Part shown: positions 25,131-36,100 of the stretch, piece by piece | Layout of the letters: each line of letters begins with the position of its first letter | Position numbering within the stretch: the stretch's first letter is position 1 | Assembly: GCA_964187785.1 (NCBI GenBank) | Contig: OZ076409.1 | Coordinates: 63,738,001 to 63,802,000, forward strand | DNA length: 64,000 nt | Reading direction: 5' to 3' | Source: Amphiscolops sp. MND2022 | Lineage: Eukaryota | Position numbers and translations under genes: made by a program | The notes under the pieces: generated by a model | The model's database searches: none | What the model was told of the DNA's origin: nothing | Seen by the model: the letters and a program-made list of their open reading frames with translations, nothing else

Positions 25131-26637
25131 TGTCCCCGGCGTCCGCCTGTGATGGCAACTTGTATTCTATTTGCCACAACTATCAAAAAGCCCTACCCAA
25201 CACGATCCATTTGAATTGAAACTTTTTAAATGAACTGCATTTGTATCTTAAAAGTCATGTAATTTATTTATTCTGAATATGAAATATCATGTAGTGATGA
25301 TTTGATATTATGTAATACCGGCGCTAATTTGTACGTTACTAGTAAATTGGACACCAAGGCGTACAGGTAGAGGAAACGCGTTCAAATGTTTTCTCGCCTG
25401 TCGCCTTGGTCCACCGGTCCAATTAACTCGCTAGCCAATCACAGTGCAGTACTTTCTTTATTCGGTGCTGTATTATGCTGCTAGATTAAAGGGACTGAGT
25501 GGCCATATGCCGCCAGTCAATAATATCTCGGTCCACTCATGTCGATTGGACGCTGAGTCCGTTTTGGAATTAAAGGCGCTTACTGGAAAGTGCTATGAGT
25601 TACATAATAACCGGTGCTTTACTGTCTTATTTAGTAAATTATTAGTCCTTAGAGGACATGTAATCTGCGTTAATTAGTACGCCATCAATGCATTTGATAT
25701 AATTCATGCAATTAGAAAGTGTTGAAATACATGCAGTTTATTGAGTTCATACATGTATGTCGTTGCTTGTCCGCATGGACCTTCAGTCTTCCCGCCACAA
25801 TAACTGTCGGGAAAGGCCCTTTGATCTATGATGATGTCACTAGTTAACCGTTGCTATATTTAGAACTGTTGCTATTTTTAGAAGCCCTTAAGGCTATTAT
25901 TAGAAAATGATGATCAATATTATGCGTGTCATGTAGTTTGTTATATATATATAGCGGAGACATTTAGTCCCGGGGGACAAGAAGTTTGACCTTACTACAT
26001 GCTTGTTACTTGATACTGAGTAATCTCACACTGAATTTGCAAGCCTGAGAACTTAATTTAAATTCTTACCTCTTGCAACAATCTCTTATGCCTTCTACTA
26101 GACGTCAAAAAGCGAAAGCTAGGAAATCTAGGGAAATGGACATGATGTCCGACTTTGAAAACTTAGATGTGATGCTGGGAAATAGCAATAATAATCCCAT
26201 AGAAAGGGAATTAGCTGAAGCTATAGATCAGTCATCGGCCCATGGGGACGCTGATACACACACGTACCTAGAGAATGAATATAGAGATTATCAACATGAA
26301 AATGATGTACTGAGACAAAATGAAATCAGACACTCCTTTGAAACCTTCTCGAACGAGTTTAATCTCAGATTATCTCAAGAAATGGATTCTATGATGTCAA
26401 TGATGCATAATCAAATAAATAGAGCTGTCACAACGGCTATAAATGAAAGAGTCATTCCAGAAATCCAGAATATTGCAAACTCGATGTCCTCTATGGGACA
26501 CAGGGACACTGAGGCCAGTTCGTCCCCAAATAGTCAGGAGAACAGTGAAAGCGCACCCGGGCCTAAAATAAGAATTGCAAAGAAAGATTCACGATCTGTG
26601 GGTGACTTAAGAGATACCATGGGTCATGGTTCTTACA
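25131..26637 (+). repeat. 5' LTR (1507 bp)
   Basis: TGTCC...TTACA; differs from the 3' LTR by about four substitutions and one TA unit, as far as seen by eye. Confidence 0.97.
25931..25943 (+). promoter_or_regulatory. Candidate LTR TATA element, (TA)6
   Basis: TATATATATATA about 145 nt upstream of the gag ATG; (TA)7 in the 3' LTR. Confidence 0.45.
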
Positions 26638-27776
26638 TGGTGACAGGAGCTACCGACACCCAACCGCAAATTCCCGAATTTCTGACCGGACGAATCCACT
26701 CAACCCCGAACCTAGAGAGACAACAATCTACACACAATATCTCTCTGGACACGACTCTGCCAGCCCCGGCCCCAGAGGCTCCTGAACCTCCTCAGGACCC
26801 GTTTAATAGACTAGCCGACGTATTGGTCAATTTGCAAAACAAACCGCAATCTATGACCATCAGACCCGTACAAACAACCCCGATGACATTTGATGGGAAA
26901 AGTGAAAAATTTGAGCTCTTTGAGGACTTGTTCCATACGATGATCAAAATGCAGCCCACAATGACAGAACAAATGAAAATTAATCACTTTCATTCTTTGC
27001 TACGAAAGGGAGCATTACAGACATTCAGGAACATAAACTCAATCAACCGTCAAACTCTCGAGGACGTACTGGTCATATTCCGGAGGAAATATGTCAAACC
27101 GGAATCACAAGCAACAGCAAAGCATAAATGGCACCGATTGACCTTCGATCCAAGTACAATGAAACTACTAGACTTCTTGGAAGAACTGAACCAAGGTGCA
27201 GAAAAAGCATTTGGGGAAAACGCTAAAAGCATGATTGACAGCTTGTTATACGCGAAATTACCCCCAAAACTGAAACGATCTGTCAACATGGCCCGTCTGG
27301 AGAACGGCACGTATGAAGAAATAGTAGCTCATCTTGAAAGAGAACTGGAACTCAATGCATTAGAAGAGTCAGATGATCTGCCAATGGCCACTATGGCCTC
27401 GGCGTCCACGAGCCATAACAACTTACTGTCCAATGGTATCAACACAAATAAAGACGCCCAATGCTCATACTGCAAAGCGACGGGTCACTATTACAAAAAC
27501 TGCCCGAAACTCAAGAAGAAAAAGGAAATGGAGGACAAAGACGGTAAAAAACCTCAGCGTCCAACTTACCCACCGTGTGACACATGTGGCAAAAAGAACC
27601 ACCCAACCGAAAGATGCTGGCAAGGCGCTGGCGCCCACCTGCGACCCAAAAGGATGCAGACAGAACAAAATGACCGAAATGCTATAGACTCCGAAGGAAA
27701 GCCTAAAAAAGCAAATGACCCAGAAACGGCTACTTCAAGCCAATCCAATACTAAAAAATTTGATTCAAAAAACTAA
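26088..27776 (+). CDS. gag: Gag with two CCHC zinc knuckles; first ~183 codons lie inside the LTR
   Basis: CSYCKATGHYYKNC and CDTCGKKNHPTERC; capsid-like TFDGKSEKFELFED region; first ATG at 26088, alternative ATG at 26637. Confidence 0.92.
   Translation: MPSTRRQKAKARKSREMDMMSDFENLDVMLGNSNNNPIERELAEAIDQSSAHGDADTHTYLENEYRDYQHENDVLRQNEIRHSFETFSNEFNLRLSQEMDSMMSMMHNQINRAVTTAINERVIPEIQNIANSMSSMGHRDTEASSSPNSQENSESAPGPKIRIAKKDSRSVGDLRDTMGHGSYMVTGATDTQPQIPEFLTGRIHSTPNLERQQSTHNISLDTTLPAPAPEAPEPPQDPFNRLADVLVNLQNKPQSMTIRPVQTTPMTFDGKSEKFELFEDLFHTMIKMQPTMTEQMKINHFHSLLRKGALQTFRNINSINRQTLEDVLVIFRRKYVKPESQATAKHKWHRLTFDPSTMKLLDFLEELNQGAEKAFGENAKSMIDSLLYAKLPPKLKRSVNMARLENGTYEEIVAHLERELELNALEESDDLPMATMASASTSHNNLLSNGINTNKDAQCSYCKATGHYYKNCPKLKKKKEMEDKDGKKPQRPTYPPCDTCGKKNHPTERCWQGAGAHLRPKRMQTEQNDRNAIDSEGKPKKANDPETATSSQSNTKKFDSKN
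26638..26650 (+). promoter_or_regulatory. Primer-binding site
   Basis: TGGTGACAGGAGC directly after the LTR-terminal CA; resembles tRNA-Leu-type PBSs (inference). Confidence 0.75.
27767..27773 (+). promoter_or_regulatory. -1 ribosomal frameshift slippery site A AAA AAC
   Basis: Heptamer immediately before the gag TAA; pol is in the -1 frame and has no in-frame ATG at its start. Confidence 0.8.
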
Positions 27777-27778
27777 TT

Positions 27779-30700
27779 TTGCCACGACTCCAAATACATG
27801 ACTATATGTCGGTTCGACAATATGTCATTTCAGATCCTCCAATAATCAAATACAGCCAAACAATCAAGGATACAAAAGGAATTCCCACTGTTGTCTGGCA
27901 GCAACAAATGGAAAAAGCCTGTATTCGAACTTATAAAATAGTACATAATGATCGCCCAGACCGATTTTACGAAATTGACTATACTAAAGACTTCGAGACT
28001 CAATTCCGTCCCTTACCCTTGATCGAAGATTATCACCCTCAATACCCCGATCCTGATTACGGCAAAGACCCGTATTGGGACGACGAACTCTACGACAGAC
28101 AAAAACTCCAGTTTAGACAAGACGAATACCCACCAACGGACGACGAGGATGATCCCCCGATAGTGGACAACAAACTATCCAGGGCCCTCATTGAACTTTG
28201 GCAGCCAAATTCCGAAGCACTGATAGAAGAACTAGAGGAACTTCAAGAGCAAGAAGACTTTCAAGGCCCCAACAGCCTTTTAGACGAAACAGCCTTCTTG
28301 CACATTTTAGTGGAAAAACAAGGAGAACCGTCATACGTTCCCCTCTCCACCAACCTTGGCCTCAAAATCAAAAGGCGGATGCTATATTTCCCAATGGACT
28401 TTGGAGAACTAACATTAGATGGTCTCATAGACACTGGGGCCCACTCCAGCGCAATACCAGAAGCTGACCTTCGAAAAATACGGCTACTTGCACCCCAATC
28501 AATAGTGAAAGAGGGTCCTGCCCCGTCATTCCAAATTATGGTCGCAAATGGAGACCTGGAAACTCCGAAGAGTACAGTAGAACTGAAGTTCGAAGTAGGG
28601 GACATAGAGTTCCACGAAATCTTCATAGTGATGGAAAAATTATCCAGCCCCAAAATTGGACTTATGTTCTTACAAAGAAACCACACAGTCCTAGATATGC
28701 GCCAAGGCATACTTAACTTTCCCTTCTTCTCGATGCAATTGAAAACAGCTGACCATAAGTACTCCAATGTAATGGAACCTATCCTCAACCCCGAGGATAT
28801 TACGATTCCCCCAAATGGACGTACAATCATCCCTATCCAATCTCAAATTTATGCAGAAAACGCTGTCACTGGAATCTTACAACCCAGTGACCTTCTAAAT
28901 GAAGAAAATGATATAACATTTTGTGCCGCCATAGTCACATTGGACGAAGGGACTACGAGGATCCATGTCAACAATTTCACAGATCAGCCCTTTAAACTCA
29001 AAAAAGGGATGCACATAGCGAATTTCTCTGTGATGACTCCAGAGCAAATGAAACATGTCAGGCCAATAGACCCAGTGTCTACTTGGCACCTACTCAATGA
29101 AAATGAAGAAGATGCTATTTATTATATCAGCAGTCTTCTCAAAGCCAACAGGAACAATGACCAATACGAACAATACTGGTTTCCAACACCCGAAAACCCA
29201 GGGGACGAACAGTCCCATACTCCAATACAAAAGAGAATTCTTAGAGAATTACGAAACCTGCAAGAAGCAGAAAAACTAAATCCACAAGACAATGAAGAAT
29301 CTCGACAAAAATTCCTCAGTAACTTTGACTGGAAGGACTCAATGCTACAACAGCATGAAATCAAACAGATGGAAGCGCTATTAGTCGAATTTCACGACAT
29401 ATTTGCCCGTCATAGGTTTGACATCGGTATGAATGAGGAATTCACGGTCAAATTGACCCCGAAGGACGACTCTCCTGCCTACAGCCAGAGCTTACCAACT
29501 CCGGTCAATTTAAAAGAGGACATATTGGTCGAATTAGCGTCACTACACAAATATGGTATTATAACAACATTACCATTCTCAAAGTACGCTAGCCCTATCT
29601 TTGCACAAAAGAAGCCTAATGGGAAACTACGACTACTGGTAGACCTCAGGAAGATCAACAATCTCATTTCTGATGATTATATCAACAACAACCATCCAGT
29701 CAGCACCTTAACGGACGCTGCACAACATATGGCCGGAAAGAAACTTTTCTGTAAGCTTGACTGTTCGCAAGCGTACCACTGCCTTCAAATGGCGGACCAA
29801 CGGTCTATAGAGATGTTGGCCTTCAACTTTGCCAGCCGAACGTTCGCATATCGAAGATTGGCCCAAGGTCTCAGCAGAGCCTTATCGGCATTCTCCAGTT
29901 TTATGAGAGAATATTTGGACCGTGTGATCAAAGCCGATCAATGTGCCCAATACGTGGATGATATTGGCATCGCGGCCAACGACGCGGAGCATCTCTTTAA
30001 AAATCTCAGAGCAACATTCGAATGCATCCGAGAGGCTGGATTGAAATTAACGATGCATAAATGCCACTTCGGAGCAACTGAGATTGATTTCTTAGGAAGG
30101 ACAATCACCCCTGAGGGTGTCAAGCCCCAGAAGGAACGAGTCACACACTTCCTAGAAAAAACGAAATTCCCAAAATCCAAAAAAGCCTTACAACGTTACC
30201 TCGGATTCCCTAATTATTATAGAAACTACATACCGAGGTTATCAGAAAAATTAGTCCCTTTCTTTCAACTATTAAAGAAGGACGAAAAGGTCTTAGTCAC
30301 AACGGAACTGATTGAACAATTCAACGAGATCAATAGAGATTTGGACAGATGCACCCAGCTAGCCCTTAGGCAGCCCTTGCCAAATCGACAGCTAGTCCTG
30401 ATGACAGATGCTAGCTTTACAGCAGCCGGATATGCTATACTTACTGAAGATGATCCAAATCAGAAATTTACCTCAACCAAGAAATCCTATGCGCCTATTG
30501 CATATGGTTCAAAAACTTTTACTCCTTCACAACTTAAAATGTCAATTTATGCGAAGGAATTTTTAGCCATCTATTACGCCTTCAAAGAGTTTGGACATAT
30601 ATTCTGGGGCACACCTAAGCCGGTGATTATCCTCACAGACAACAAATCGGTCACAAGGTTCTTCCAGACTAAAATAATACCGCCGCCATTATGGAACGCG

Positions 30701-32926
30701 TGTGACTTTGTCATTCAGTTCAATTTCACTATAGCGCACATTCCAGGCAAAAACAACACAGCGGCGGACTACCTGTCCCGCATGGAAATGGACCCCACTG
30801 AAAAGTTAGTCCTAAAAATCCGAGCGGACGTTGAAACCCAACCCATTGAAGTTAATGTCCAATCAGCCGGCGTGTCTGAAGAAGAACAAGTGTTCTTTAC
30901 AGAAGAAGACAATGAAACAGAAGAACAAATTTGGGAAAGGAAAAGACAATCAAAAGCAGGACTCAAGGTCGACGAAACCGTCATCCAAATCGATACTATA
31001 TCTGAAAATGTAGTGGATGAAATTACCAATTTCACCCAGAAACTACGTAGAACCAACCAAATACTATTAGAACAATCTAAAGATCCGACTTTGCTTCATT
31101 TAAAAGCAAAAATTCAAAATGAAGAATACTCTGAAGAAATCCTTCAGCAGGACATTCGGTATAAACATTATTTAAATAATTTAGACCATATAGTCCTCAA
31201 GGACGAAATAGTGACCCGACAGTATTACGACGAAACGGGACAAATCAAATACCACCAAATCTTACTGCCAAAGCACCTGTTGAAAGAACTACTGCAAGCA
31301 ATACATGGCACGGCACATCGACATCCTGGCATCTCTAAAATGCTGCAAGAGATCCGCCAAAAATATTACTACCCTGGCATAGCAAAATACGTTAAAAAAT
31401 GGGTAGAGGGATGCGAAACGTGCGCTAGAGACAAAAGAGTCCCAAATAATAAAATTACACCAGAATTGTTGAACTTGCCCGAATGGGACCTTGGTCCAGA
31501 AGATGCCATGCAGATAGATTTATTACCAAACTTACCGACTAGTGGCGGATACCAGACGGTGATGACGGCTATAGATGTATTCTCAAGGTACTTATTCGCC
31601 TACCCGCTAATTGAGGCAACAGCCACGAATGTAGCCAAGGTGATAATTGATATCATGACGAAACATTCATATTTACCAACAACTCTCATCACAGACAAAG
31701 GGTCCGCATTTACATCGACCATCATAGCTGAGATAACTCAAATTTTGGGTATAACACTCAAATGCGCTACTACAAAGCACCCGCAAACAATTGGCAAACT
31801 CGAAAGGACGCATGCCTCACTCAAAACAAATTTGAAAATGGCCTCAGGGGAATATCGACGCCAATGGCATAAATATTTACCATTAGCAGTACTCAACTAC
31901 AATACCACATACCACTCTAGTATTGGATGTGAACCGAGTAAAGTCTTCCACGGCCGGATTCCCTATAACGTCCTAGACCACAAATTGGGAAATAACCCCA
32001 ATAAAAATTTTATGCCAACTACAGAATTTGCGGAGGAAGTACAGCAGAGGACACAGATCCTCATAGATCAAACAAAAAAGAACATAATGCAGTCTTATTT
32101 GAAATATAAGGACTATTATGACCGAAAGGCAAAGGCTGCCCCGCTTAAAGAAAAGGACTACTGTTTTGTCTTACAGCCTAAAGCGGACAGTCAGGCATCA
32201 AAAATTCCATTCAAGGAATACAGGTGGATCGGACCATTCGTCATTCAAAAAGTACTGTCCAACGACAATTATATTGTCCGTCGTCTAAATACAAATAAAA
32301 CTCAAATACTTCATCGCATTAGACTAAAAAAATTCGTCCCGAATGCCCCTTTAGAGGACAAATACGATGGAGAAAAATTACAACCCGACAATGAGATAGT
32401 AATCCCGCAAGACGATTTGTACACTATCTCATGGGAAGTAGATTTTGAGTACGACTTATTTGAACCGAGGAAGGAAAATTGGACAGACGTGGCCACACGC
32501 CGGCCGACGGACGCCGAGTCCACTAATACGGACAATGACGTTACTGACGAGGAAAGCGCTAGCAATGAAAGCTGCAGCGAGCGCACGACAAGAAATTACG
32601 TCACCGAGAACGAACGCGTCAGCAATGAAAAATACAATGAGCGCACGACAGAATATGACGTTACCGAGGACGAAATATCCCCGAGAGAGAACAATAGCAG
32701 TGACGAACCGTCCCCCCCGACTCAAACGCCACAGCGCACTAAGAATGAAAATGACGTCACTAATGATTTAAAAGATACGGAAAACGTTTCAAACACAGGC
32801 GCAGATATTACCGTGCCCGGAATATCAGAAAATGGAAATTCAAATGAAAATTCGAGCCCTAGAGGAGGGAAATACAATCTTCGACCTAACCCTACCCCCA
32901 ACTTTACTGATGAATACAGATACTAG
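27779..32926 (+). CDS. pol: Pol polyprotein: aspartic protease, dUTPase-like spacer, RT, RNase H, integrase, acidic tail
   Basis: LIDTGA; LRLLVDLRKIN, KLDCSQAY, QYVDD; MTDAS, ILTDNK, HIPGKNN.AADYLSR; H..HPG...CETC; QID, ITDKGSAF, GKLERTH; uninterrupted 1715 codons. Confidence 0.97.
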   Translation: MPRLQIHDYMSVRQYVISDPPIIKYSQTIKDTKGIPTVVWQQQMEKACIRTYKIVHNDRPDRFYEIDYTKDFETQFRPLPLIEDYHPQYPDPDYGKDPYWDDELYDRQKLQFRQDEYPPTDDEDDPPIVDNKLSRALIELWQPNSEALIEELEELQEQEDFQGPNSLLDETAFLHILVEKQGEPSYVPLSTNLGLKIKRRMLYFPMDFGELTLDGLIDTGAHSSAIPEADLRKIRLLAPQSIVKEGPAPSFQIMVANGDLETPKSTVELKFEVGDIEFHEIFIVMEKLSSPKIGLMFLQRNHTVLDMRQGILNFPFFSMQLKTADHKYSNVMEPILNPEDITIPPNGRTIIPIQSQIYAENAVTGILQPSDLLNEENDITFCAAIVTLDEGTTRIHVNNFTDQPFKLKKGMHIANFSVMTPEQMKHVRPIDPVSTWHLLNENEEDAIYYISSLLKANRNNDQYEQYWFPTPENPGDEQSHTPIQKRILRELRNLQEAEKLNPQDNEESRQKFLSNFDWKDSMLQQHEIKQMEALLVEFHDIFARHRFDIGMNEEFTVKLTPKDDSPAYSQSLPTPVNLKEDILVELASLHKYGIITTLPFSKYASPIFAQKKPNGKLRLLVDLRKINNLISDDYINNNHPVSTLTDAAQHMAGKKLFCKLDCSQAYHCLQMADQRSIEMLAFNFASRTFAYRRLAQGLSRALSAFSSFMREYLDRVIKADQCAQYVDDIGIAANDAEHLFKNLRATFECIREAGLKLTMHKCHFGATEIDFLGRTITPEGVKPQKERVTHFLEKTKFPKSKKALQRYLGFPNYYRNYIPRLSEKLVPFFQLLKKDEKVLVTTELIEQFNEINRDLDRCTQLALRQPLPNRQLVLMTDASFTAAGYAILTEDDPNQKFTSTKKSYAPIAYGSKTFTPSQLKMSIYAKEFLAIYYAFKEFGHIFWGTPKPVIILTDNKSVTRFFQTKIIPPPLWNACDFVIQFNFTIAHIPGKNNTAADYLSRMEMDPTEKLVLKIRADVETQPIEVNVQSAGVSEEEQVFFTEEDNETEEQIWERKRQSKAGLKVDETVIQIDTISENVVDEITNFTQKLRRTNQILLEQSKDPTLLHLKAKIQNEEYSEEILQQDIRYKHYLNNLDHIVLKDEIVTRQYYDETGQIKYHQILLPKHLLKELLQAIHGTAHRHPGISKMLQEIRQKYYYPGIAKYVKKWVEGCETCARDKRVPNNKITPELLNLPEWDLGPEDAMQIDLLPNLPTSGGYQTVMTAIDVFSRYLFAYPLIEATATNVAKVIIDIMTKHSYLPTTLITDKGSAFTSTIIAEITQILGITLKCATTKHPQTIGKLERTHASLKTNLKMASGEYRRQWHKYLPLAVLNYNTTYHSSIGCEPSKVFHGRIPYNVLDHKLGNNPNKNFMPTTEFAEEVQQRTQILIDQTKKNIMQSYLKYKDYYDRKAKAAPLKEKDYCFVLQPKADSQASKIPFKEYRWIGPFVIQKVLSNDNYIVRRLNTNKTQILHRIRLKKFVPNAPLEDKYDGEKLQPDNEIVIPQDDLYTISWEVDFEYDLFEPRKENWTDVATRRPTDAESTNTDNDVTDEESASNESCSERTTRNYVTENERVSNEKYNERTTEYDVTEDEISPRENNSSDEPSPPTQTPQRTKNENDVTNDLKDTENVSNTGADITVPGISENGNSNENSSPRGGKYNLRPNPTPNFTDEYRY

Positions 32927-33162
32927 TCAGAAAACTTGAATTACCAGTCCCTTTATTTCACTTCCAGCCCTTGAGGACTTTTATTTTTTACTTGGGACTA
33001 CTCTGACTGATTTTTCTTACCGATTACTGGAACTAACTATATACAAAAAGAGAGACTCAGTGGCGAATAATACAAAGCCACGCAAACAAGCAACAAAGAA
33101 GAAATAAATATAAAGCAGTTTACAACAAGTACAGTCTAGAAACAAATGTACTCTTTGTACAT

Positions 33163-36100
33163 TTAAGATTTAGAAGTTCCAGGAGCGTTCGCATCACTGG
33201 ACTTTGCGGCTTCAGTTTCACCAGCTGCCCGAAAGCCAACTTTCTTGCCTTTACCAGGGGACAGCTTGCGTTGTTTCCCCCCTTCTTTGGACGAGGAATT
33301 GGAAGCGGACTCGATGTCAGGACGGACACTCCTGCCCAGAGCTTTGTAGACTGCGATTAAGGTTTTATGCAAATTAGCCTTGCCGAAACTGTCTACGTGT
33401 GACCAAGGGTCTCCTGGGACGTTGCCAATACTGAATCGGAATTCCAGATCTTTGAATGTACCCAGGGAAGCTTCTGTAGTGCACACAGCCACTGAATTTG
33501 CCACATTAGCTAGGTAAGACTGTGCAGGCATGATGACATCGAAAAGTCTACTTCGGGGATCATTACAATCAACTCCAGAGAATTTGATGGCTGGGAGCTC
33601 TGGCAATTTAGAAGTCAGGCACAGACAACTCAACTGGAAGATGTAGAACAGATGTTTCCGCAACTTCAATTCAGGCATACCAATCAGAAAGGCTACCATG
33701 TCGGTGAAGACATCTGGGGTATCCTTGACTCCAGAGTTGGCTTGGCGGAAGAACTCCACGAAATCGATGTACTCGTCTCGGGCATCAGTCTCTGGGGAAT
33801 TCTCTAACCAGCCCCGCAAACTAAAGGATCTGTACAAAGCGGAGAAACAATATGTGGCTTGCTCAAGCGGCAGACTCAGGAGGGCTACTGGATCGAAACT
33901 GCCCAGGCCTCTTACGATACCAGCATTCAGGCTAATGTCGGCAAGGAAGACTTTCAAAAGATGGACGAGGTAACCTCGGGCCTTGGTGGCGAAATCGTCC
34001 CGAATGGCCTCAGCTGCTGTCTCCGTCTCTTCAGGCGTCAGTTGCTTCTCGCTATAAATTCTCCTGACGCGAGCATGGCATGCGGCATCCAAATTTTCTT
34101 TGAGCTTCAAGCGACTCAAGAAATCTCGGTTAGACAGTTGTCGCCAATTCTGTCCTTGCAAATCGCCCAGCGACTTCCAGTCCAGGATATCAGGCACGTG
34201 TCTGGGAAGTAGTGCTCGACCTGCCAACTTGCGGATGAAAGTATGGAACTCTCGGAAGGTGTAGAAGCCACTATCCCTTCGCTGTGCAAACTGACTCTCG
34301 AAGCTCTTGGTGTCTGGAAAACAAAACATTACCATCCTGAAGGGTCCCTATGACACCATTAGACCTAGCGTGTCAATCTACTATTTCTAGCATGAGCCTC
34401 AAATAGTGGTAAGAGAAACTGGGACCATGAGGTCCGTAGACAAGAGGAAAACCAATATACTAACAATCGCGGACAATTCGTGCGAAGAACTCCAGCTTGA
34501 TGGTGAAGAAATCATCAGCTATGATTTCCCACTCGAGGCTTTGGGGCTTGTTTTTAACCCCCTGGTGGACCTGTGGTGGTGCTATCTTCGTCAAATGTTG
34601 GTGCACAGACTTCCAGTTCGCAATCAGTTCCGAACATATGGCTGGTACAGCGGCAATTTCCAGGTGATAGGTAGTCATCGCCTACAATAGACATGCTTAT
34701 TGGAGGCAATTCAAAACTGGACCTACAGTCTTACGGACAGTGACCTTACCTTGACGAATTCTGGCATTAGGGCGGCCCAGGGCTGTCCACCGCAACCGTC
34801 CAAGAATGTAACCAGAAACTTCAACTGAGAGAAGAAGCTGATAGTGCCAAACACGCTGCCCCATCGTTCATGCATCAGGTCCGGCAGACAAAGAGCATCA
34901 AATCGAAAAGGGTACTCAATCCCTTTTTGGAAGAGGCAAGAACGTTCAAGAAGAGGAATCACCTCTGCAGGACACCCAGACACGCTCACAATCTGAGGTT
35001 GTGTTGATAGGACGGACAAGAGGCGGGAAAGTACCAACAGGAAACCAGCTGCAGGCTCTGAAGCAGTCCGGTATCGTAACAAACGGACGACATTGAGGGA
35101 TTCGCCCTTCCAGAACCGAATCGAGACAAAGCTGTAGGTGCCTCGCATTTCAAACTCCAGAGAGTACTGACCCGTGACACTGACTTGATACGCGATGTCA
35201 GCGATGCCACAGAGGAAGATGTGATGAAAGATCGTCTAAAACAAAATTAACCAGGATGAAAATGAATCGGGGCTACGTTAGGACTAAAGGACCCTGAGGC
35301 TAGAAATCGCCAATACTTACTGTCAGTTTGGAGGAGCCCCAATCGTAAGGAGAGAACAGACTCTGATGGTTGGTAACAGTGCCAATCTGTGACCATAGCG
35401 ACTCAAGGACTTTTAGATCTCCACAACGAGGAGCGAAGAGAGCAACCATGGAGATTTGGACGCACAGTCTGATCTCCTCCTGCCCAGCGATAGAGCCCAG
35501 GCCAGCCATATGATCCTCGTAGAAGGGGTTACTGCTGCCAGTTTCAACCAAAGGAACTTGCATGAAGAAAGGCTTCTCTTTCTCAAGTTCTAAGGGAGTC
35601 AACAATTGGCCCTTCTTCCCTCTGACTTCGTACACAGTCCGGCCAGTCACCTTGTCCTTCTTCCTTAGGTGCTCATATCTCCAGCGCTGATCTTTACGGA
35701 AATGCGACTCACACTGGAAATGACGGACAATCTCCCGTGCTCCTTTTGAGAAAATGGAAACGTTCGTCTTACATATCTGGCAGTAGAACTTATGTTTGTT
35801 GTGTTCTGGGTCAAGGGGGCCAGTGACGAATGTCCGAGTCCACTGAATTCCTTTGAAATAGGCTTCTTTCATTATTTTGCCTGTGCGTCCAGGAAGCCGA
35901 CGACGTTTGCGAGGTGGACTTGAGACAGAAGCTTGGTCAGTGGTCAATGAGGCTAAAGGCTCATAGTCGGTTGAGCAGAATCCTGGACTAGGGACTTGTT
36001 GTGCGGACGATGGTCCAGGTGTTGATGTCGAACTTTGATCTGGAGGACTTGGAGGGGGATTGATGCTCAGATCCTTGCCAGTTCTTTGCGAATTGATGAC

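Noticed and set aside
25444..25677. 77-aa ORF duplicated at 39439-39672
   Set aside because: GTG start, no motif; it is duplicated only because it lies in the LTR
28198..32771. Short alternate-frame and antisense ORFs overlapping pol
   Set aside because: Expected shadow ORFs of a long coding region; no independent features
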